50,931 nt of DNA from Deltaproteobacteria bacterium (GTDB lineage: Bacteria > Myxococcota_A > UBA9160 > SMWR01), in contig JAQBHB010000097.1 of the NCBI GenBank assembly GCA_032128115.1, positions 1-50,931 of the forward strand, written 5' to 3'. This document shows, one piece after another, positions 45,549-50,931 of the stretch; positions within the stretch are counted from its first letter, which is position 1, and each line of letters begins with the position of its first letter. Position numbers and translations under genes: made by a program. The notes below the pieces were generated by a model that was not told where the DNA came from, did not search any database, and worked only from the letters and a program-made list of their open reading frames with translations.

Positions 45549-46106
45549 TCAGACCGGTAGGTCGCCGCGTCCGAAGAGAGACTCGAGGGCAATGCCGCGC
45601 TCCGCGAAGGCATCTGCCGCCCCCTCGCCGCGATCCACCAGGCACAGCACCCGCGCCACCTTGCCGCCCGCCTCTTCCACCGCGTCCAGGGCATCGAGGG
45701 TCGAGCCGCCAGTGGTCACCGTGTCTTCCAGAAGGGCCACGGTCTGGCCCGCCTGGAAGCCGCCCTCGATGCGACGGCCGAGGCCGTGGGTCTTCGCCTG
45801 CTTGCGGACGAAGAAGCCCACCAGCGGGTCGCGCGGGTCGGCCACCGCGGCCGCCACCAACACCGCCGAAACCAGGGGAACGGCGCCCACGGCCATGCCG
45901 CCCACGGCCTCCACGGCGGGGCCCGTGCGCAGGCGCTCGAGCATGAGGTCGCCGGCGAGCTGGGCACCCCGGGGACGCATCAGGGTCTGTCGCAGGTCGA
46001 GATAGAAATCGCTCTCGCGTCCACTCGAGAGCACCACCTTCTCGCGGCGGAACGAAAGCTCCAGGATGATGTCCAGCAGCTCGCGCCGCGAATCCACACC
46101 GCTCAA
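45549..46106 (-). CDS. pyrE: Orotate phosphoribosyltransferase
   Basis: LSSGRESDFYLD, GGMAVGAVP, VRKQAKTHG, LEDTVTTGGS. Confidence 0.95.
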   Translation of the reverse strand: MSGVDSRRELLDIILELSFRREKVVLSSGRESDFYLDLRQTLMRPRGAQLAGDLMLERLRTGPAVEAVGGMAVGAVPLVSAVLVAAAVADPRDPLVGFFVRKQAKTHGLGRRIEGGFQAGQTVALLEDTVTTGGSTLDALDAVEEAGGKVARVLCLVDRGEGAADAFAERGIALESLFGRGDLPV

Positions 46107-46119
46107 GATTCACCCCCCA

Positions 46120-47304
46120 TCACTGCTTGCGAAGACCCAGGGCGAACTCCGCGATCAGCTTGCGGTGTAGCTCGCTGGTTCCCTCTCCGAACTCCAGCGC
46201 CTTGGCCTCGAGCAGCAGGCGGCCCACTTCATACTCGGCCGACAGCCCGTAGCCCCCGTGGATCTGGATGGCGTCCAGGGCATTCTGGGTGGCGGCTTCG
46301 CTGGAAACCAGCTTCGCCATCGAAGACTCCATGCTGGCGCGCTCGATGCCCGCGTCTTTCATGCGGCCCAGGCGGTAGACTAGGGCGCGAGCGCCCTCGG
46401 TGCGGCAGATCATGTCCGCCACCTTGCTCTGGATCATCTGGAATTCGCCGATCTTGCGACCAAAGGCCTCGCGCACGCCGGCGTACTCGGTGGCCAGGTC
46501 GACGCAGCGCTGGGCCTGGCCTACGCAGCGCGCCGCCACCGAGTAGCGACCCATGTCGAGGGCGCCTCCCAGCACCGGAAAGCCTCCGCCCTCGGCGCCG
46601 AGAAGCGTCTCGTCGGGAACGAAGGCGTTCTCGAAGTGGACCTCGGCGAGGTTGTCGCGCTTGAGGGTGCGCATGGGGAATTCGCCGATCGTGATGCCCT
46701 CGGTCCGGTGGGGATCCACCAGGAAGGCCGTCACCCCTTTGTGCTTCTTCGAGCGATCCAGACTCGCCGCCACGAAGAAGAGCCCGGCGTGGGCCGCGTG
46801 GGAGATGAAGACCTTGGTGCCCGTGATCCGGTAGCCGCCCTCCACCTTCTCAGCGGTGGTGCGCATGTTGCCCAGGTCGGTTCCGCCTCCGGGCTCGGTG
46901 AGGCAGGCCGAGGTGAGCACCTCGCCGCGGGCCATGGGCGGCAGCCAACGCTGCTTCTGCGCCGGGTTGCCGTGGCGCAGGATCGAGCCCGCCACCAGCG
47001 AGTTGGAGACCGACACTACCGAGGCCACCACCCAGTCGACCCGGGCCAGCTCCTCGCAGATCACGCCGTAGGTGACGACGTCGGTGAAGGATCCCCCGTA
47101 CTCCTCGGGAATCATCGGAGCAATCAGACCCAGGGGAACGAGCTTCTGGATCAGGTCGAGCGGGTACTTCTCCTCCCGCTCGTAGCGCTCCACATGGGGC
47201 GCGATCTCCTTCTCCGCGAACTCTCGAACCGACTCCCGGACCAGCCGCTGCTCGCTGCTGAGGTCGAAATCCGCCATGCGGGCAGCGGGGTTGTCCTGGC
47301 TCAT
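46120..47304 (-). CDS. Acyl-CoA dehydrogenase
   Basis: CLTEPGGGTD, GTKVFIS, REAFGRKIGEFQ, IQIHGGYG, EGTSELHR. Confidence 0.95.
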   Translation of the reverse strand: MSQDNPAARMADFDLSSEQRLVRESVREFAEKEIAPHVERYEREEKYPLDLIQKLVPLGLIAPMIPEEYGGSFTDVVTYGVICEELARVDWVVASVVSVSNSLVAGSILRHGNPAQKQRWLPPMARGEVLTSACLTEPGGGTDLGNMRTTAEKVEGGYRITGTKVFISHAAHAGLFFVAASLDRSKKHKGVTAFLVDPHRTEGITIGEFPMRTLKRDNLAEVHFENAFVPDETLLGAEGGGFPVLGGALDMGRYSVAARCVGQAQRCVDLATEYAGVREAFGRKIGEFQMIQSKVADMICRTEGARALVYRLGRMKDAGIERASMESSMAKLVSSEAATQNALDAIQIHGGYGLSAEYEVGRLLLEAKALEFGEGTSELHRKLIAEFALGLRKQ

Positions 47305-47408
47305 GGAGGCTCCTCGGGGCCCGATCATAGCCGGATTGGACTTCCGGTCGTGGCTCTCCTAGCATCCCTGCCCCCGGTCGGCAGCCGGGCGAGATTCCGG
47401 AGACCTTC

Positions 47409-47537
47409 GTGAAGAAGTCGAAGCCCCTGCCCCATCGGAACCGCAGGAAGACGGCACGCTACCGCGCCAGGCTCAAGGCCAAGCTCCGCCGCCGGCGCGT
47501 GCGGCGCAGTTCCGGCGAGCGCAGTACCTACCGCTAG
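47409..47537 (+). CDS. Uncalled 42-aa highly basic small protein
   Basis: GTG..TAG encodes MKKSKPLPHRNRRKTARYRARLKAKLRRRRVRRSSGERSTYR. GGAG SD 7 nt upstream. TGGACT-17-TAGCAT promoter-like element at 47337-47365. GC-ending codons. Confidence 0.7.
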   Translation: MKKSKPLPHRNRRKTARYRARLKAKLRRRRVRRSSGERSTYR

Positions 47538-47562
47538 GACCCCTCCCTCTCGCGAGGTGTGA

Positions 47563-48700
47563 ATGGGTGGGATGGGCCAGGTGAGCGACTCCTTTCGGCA
47601 TTCGCTCCAGGCCACTTCGGATCTCGCACGCGCCGGGACCTTCACGACTCCCCACGGAACGATCGAAACCCCCACCTTCATGCCCGTCGGCACCCACGGG
47701 GCCGTCAAGGCCATGACGCCGGAGCAGGTGAAATCCACCGGCACGCAGATGGTGCTGGCCAACACCTACCACCTGACGCTTCGCCCGGGGGAGAAGCTGG
47801 TAGCGAAACTCGGCGGCCTGCACCGGATGATGGCCTGGAAGGGACCCATCCTCACGGATAGCGGCGGCTTCCAGGTGTTCTCGCTGCCAAAAAGGGAAAT
47901 CAGCGACAAGGGCGTGCGCTTCCGCAACGAGGTGGACGGCTCGATCCTGGACCTCACGCCCGAGCGCTCGATCGAGATCCAACACGCACTCGGCGCCGAC
48001 ATCATCATGGCCTTCGACGAGTGCACTCCCTACCCGGCCGATGAGTCGATGGCACGCACCGGTGTCCGGCGCACGCTGCACTGGATGGAGCGGTGTCTCG
48101 CGGTGCACGACCGGCCGAAGCGGCAGGCCCTTTTCGGCATCGTGCAGGGCAGCGTCTACCCGAAGCTGCGCAGCGAGTGTGCGCGCGCCCTGGCCGCGAT
48201 GGACCTGCCGGGCTACGCCATCGGCGGCGTCTCCGTCGGAGAGGGTCACGAGCTCCTGTGTCGGATCACGGAACACACGGCACCGTTGCTGCCCGTGAAC
48301 AAACCGCGCTACCTGATGGGGCGTCGGGCTTCCCGAAGACCTGCTGGCGGCCATCGGCCTGGGTATGGACCTGTTCGACTGCGTGATTCCGACGCGCTAC
48401 GCGCGAAGTGCCAGTGCCTTCACTGTGCGCGGGCGTATCCGCCTGACGCATCGCCGCTATCGGCACGACGGCTATCCCATCGACGTCTCGTGCGACTGCT
48501 ACGCCTGCAGCGGCGGCTTCTCGCGCGCGTACCTGCACCACCTGTTTGCCGCCAACGAGGTGCTGTCGGCGATCCTGGTGTCGATCCACAATGTGCGCTT
48601 CTACCAGAAGCTGGTGGAGCGGGCGCGCCAGGCCATCGTGGAGGGCTTGTTCGACGCCTTCCGGCGCGACTTCCTGGCGGAATACAGCGCGTCGAAATGA
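47563..48700 (+). pseudogene. tgt: tRNA-guanine transglycosylase interrupted by a 1-nt insertion (or a sequencing error)
   Basis: TPTFMPVGT, LANTYHL, DSGGFQVFSL, AFDECT, GIVQG, PRYLMG, then a frame change. GVGLPEDL...DLFDCVIPTR...CDCYAC...HN continues in the next frame. Confidence 0.9.
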
Positions 48701-48761
48701 GGGCGGGAATCGCATCCGGGCGCTTGCCCTGACGGGCGGGATCGCCGACATTGGGCGCCCT

Positions 48762-49247
48762 GTGGCAGGACGTCGCTACCAACCGGTTCTATCCCCCGCC
48801 GAAGTGCTCGAGCGCTTCCAGTCCGGGCCCAAGACCGGAGTCTTCACCGACGGCTCGTGCGAGGGCAACCCGGGGCCCGGGGGATGGGCCGCGATCTGGG
48901 TCGAGAACGACCAGATCGTCCGCGAGGAACGCGGCGACGATCCGGATACCACCAACAATCGCATGGAGCTCATGGCCCTGATCCGGGCACTCAAGATGCT
49001 GCCTGGGGATTGTGAGATCCCGGTGTACTCGGACAGCCAGCTGTGCGTGAAGACCGTGAACGAGTGGGCCGCCGGCTGGGCCGCGCGAGGCTGGCGGCGC
49101 AAGAGCGGCCCGATCGCGAATCTCGCGCTGGTGAAGGAGCTCTACGCGTTGTCGCTGGCGCGGCCGGCGGTAAAGCTCACCTGGATCCGGGCTCACGATG
49201 GCTCGCGCTGGAACGAGTACGCGGACGCGCTGGCCTCCGGGCGCTAG
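48762..49247 (+). CDS. rnhA: Ribonuclease HI
   Basis: FTDGSCEGNPGPGGW, TTNNRMEL, YSDSQL, WIRAH, NEYADALA. Start is tentative (GTG). Confidence 0.93.
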   Translation: MAGRRYQPVLSPAEVLERFQSGPKTGVFTDGSCEGNPGPGGWAAIWVENDQIVREERGDDPDTTNNRMELMALIRALKMLPGDCEIPVYSDSQLCVKTVNEWAAGWAARGWRRKSGPIANLALVKELYALSLARPAVKLTWIRAHDGSRWNEYADALASGR

Positions 49248-49692
49248 CCCTCGCGGCGCTGGTTTTCGGAGCCGTGCCCAGCGTGAGGATGCGGTCGAAG
49301 GCCTGCTTGGGGATCGGCATCACCGACAGGCGCGACTGCTTCACCAGGGCGATGTCGGAAAGAGATGCGTCGGCCTTGATCTCGGCCAGGGTCACGGGCA
49401 GTTTCAAGGCCTTCACCGGCACCAGGTCGACCGCCAGCCAGCGGGGGTCGTCGCTCGTGGGATCCGGGTAGGCAGTCTTCGTGATCTTCGCGATCCCCAC
49501 TACTTCCTTGCCGACGTTTGAGTGGTAGTAGAGCACCCGGTCGTCGCGGCGCATGGCCTGCAGGTGGATGCGCGCGAGCGCATTGCGCACCCCGTCCCAA
49601 TTGGTGGAGCCGTCGCGCACCAGATCGTCCCAGCTGTACTTGAAGGGCTCGGACTTCACGAGCCAGTGCTCACGGGGCCGCGAAGGGCTCAC
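49177..49692 (-). CDS. EVE domain protein
   Basis: WLVKSEP..YSWDDL, WDGVRNALAR, YYHSN, AYPDPT, SRLSVMP. Confidence 0.93.
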   Translation of the reverse strand: MSPSRPREHWLVKSEPFKYSWDDLVRDGSTNWDGVRNALARIHLQAMRRDDRVLYYHSNVGKEVVGIAKITKTAYPDPTSDDPRWLAVDLVPVKALKLPVTLAEIKADASLSDIALVKQSRLSVMPIPKQAFDRILTLGTAPKTSAARASARRPARPRTRSSASHREPGSR

Positions 49693-50897
49693 CGCAATTC
49701 CTCCGGGGTCTGGCTCGCGACGACATCGCGTGCGACGTGGGCTACCAGCGCGCGGGGCAGCAGGCGGTTGGCGGCGTTGGCGCGCAACCAGTTCAGGGCG
49801 CCGGACACCACCGATGACTGACGGCCCAGGGCGTCGAGCGCGACGCCTACCACCTTGTGGGCCGACTCTCCGGGATGCGCGATCTCGCCGGCCACCTGTT
49901 GGAACTCGGTCTCGGTCGACCCGGGCTCGAGCACCAGCACGTCGATACCCTCGTCTCGCAGCTCCACGGCCAGCGACTCGCCCAGCAACAGGTCGAAGGC
50001 CTTGGTGGCGCTGTAGACCCCGTGCAGCGGCAACGGCTGCCGGCCCGCAACGGAGCCTACGATGATCACGGCGCCGCGGCGCCGCGCCAGCATCCCGGGC
50101 AACAGTCCGTGGGTGAGCATCACGGGCGCCGTGCAGTTGAGATGCACCATGTCGCGCAGGCGCGCGGCATCCTGCTTGTCGAAGCGTCCCGCGTAGCCGG
50201 CGCCGGCGTTGTTCACCAGGACGCCGATCTCCAGATCACGCACGGCTTCCACCACCGCGTCCACGCCCGCGGGGTCTGCCAGGTCGGCAGCCACGATGCG
50301 CGTCGATACGTGGTGGCTCTTTTCCAGATCGTCGGCCAGCTCGCGCAGCTTCTCCTCCCGTCGGGCCGTGAGCACGATCGACAGTCCTGCCTGGGCCAGG
50401 CGGCGCGCGAACTCGGCTCCGATCCCGACCGAAGCCCCGGTCACCAGCGCCCACTCGCCGTACCGTTCGCGCAGACCGGGTGCCTCGCCCTGGAAGAGGG
50501 AACGAGCCTGCCACAGCATCACCGCCGGCACGGCGAAGATGCCACCTGCGGCTACACCCAGGGCGAAGCCCGTGAAGCCGCCCTTCTCGAGCACCGACCA
50601 CAGGAACATCCCGAACGCCACCTGGGCCACGTAGAGCGGGGCCCACGGCCACATCCAGGGGCGCATGCGACGAAAGCCCACCGCGCCGGCGGCGTAGACC
50701 GCCCAGTGGAGAGGCGTGACCAGCTTGGCCGACCACCCGGTGAACATGACTCCGAACCAGACCTCCTGGTCCAGCGCCACTGGTTTCCAGAACAGGTCCC
50801 AGGGCACGTAGACGAACGTCATGAAGGCGCAGAAGACCATGATGGCGTTCATCCATCCGGGTCTGCCGTCGAAAATCGAACGTAACCAGCCAGTCAT
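49689..50897 (-). CDS. Short-chain dehydrogenase/reductase fused to an N-terminal 4-TM domain
   Basis: Hydrophobic residues 1-135, then WALVTGASVGIG, LVNNAG, GSVAG, YSATK. Confidence 0.9.
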   Translation of the reverse strand: MTGWLRSIFDGRPGWMNAIMVFCAFMTFVYVPWDLFWKPVALDQEVWFGVMFTGWSAKLVTPLHWAVYAAGAVGFRRMRPWMWPWAPLYVAQVAFGMFLWSVLEKGGFTGFALGVAAGGIFAVPAVMLWQARSLFQGEAPGLRERYGEWALVTGASVGIGAEFARRLAQAGLSIVLTARREEKLRELADDLEKSHHVSTRIVAADLADPAGVDAVVEAVRDLEIGVLVNNAGAGYAGRFDKQDAARLRDMVHLNCTAPVMLTHGLLPGMLARRRGAVIIVGSVAGRQPLPLHGVYSATKAFDLLLGESLAVELRDEGIDVLVLEPGSTETEFQQVAGEIAHPGESAHKVVGVALDALGRQSSVVSGALNWLRANAANRLLPRALVAHVARDVVASQTPEELR

Positions 50898-50931
50898 GGC
50901 TCCTCCGAGAGTCAGGCGCGCCCGGGTCGGG

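Noticed and set aside
48318..48321. Programmed frameshift or phase variation in tgt
   Set aside because: The run is only 4 G, with no slippery heptamer or stimulator seen. An error or point lesion is more parsimonious.

Overview
High-GC (visually ~68-70%), gene-dense bacterial chromosomal window. Gene content suggests a Myxococcota/Deltaproteobacteria-like organism (inference only). It holds ~48 mostly housekeeping and lipid-metabolism genes: a partial complex I cluster (nuoA-E-F-G-H, no nuoBCD), gpsA, a Fur-boxed feoAB-lipoprotein operon, apaG, an amidase, a plant-like cystathionine gamma-synthase, ogt, galE, a sigma54 response regulator, gshB, PBP1A with a coupled histidine kinase, a P450, NUDIX, two LLM oxidoreductases, rhomboid-sirtuin-DUF4097, exeAB-like genes, type II PanK, fadD, pyrE, ACAD, a frameshifted tgt, rnhA, an EVE protein and a membrane-fused SDR. 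No rRNA, tRNA, CRISPR, integrase or transposase was recognised. Best candidates for new biology: (1) an unknown protein + AbiEii/MenT-like nucleotidyltransferase module with its own promoter and a 17-bp palindrome (24198-25347); (2) a UPF0104 flippase-like + 5TM + Thr-nucleophile sulfatase-fold fusion (9075-12149); (3) an operon of Zn-ribbon, two tandem Get3/ArsA-HSP20 ATPases and a signal-less BtuF-like protein (38263-41667); (4) an uncalled 42-aa very basic ORF before tgt; (5) a two-repeat + H1-like-tail putative nucleoid protein; (6) a structured 5' leader before the rhomboid gene; (7) a diiron ferritin-like + ABC1 kinase pair divergent from the P450. All family calls come from motif recognition by eye; no database search was run.
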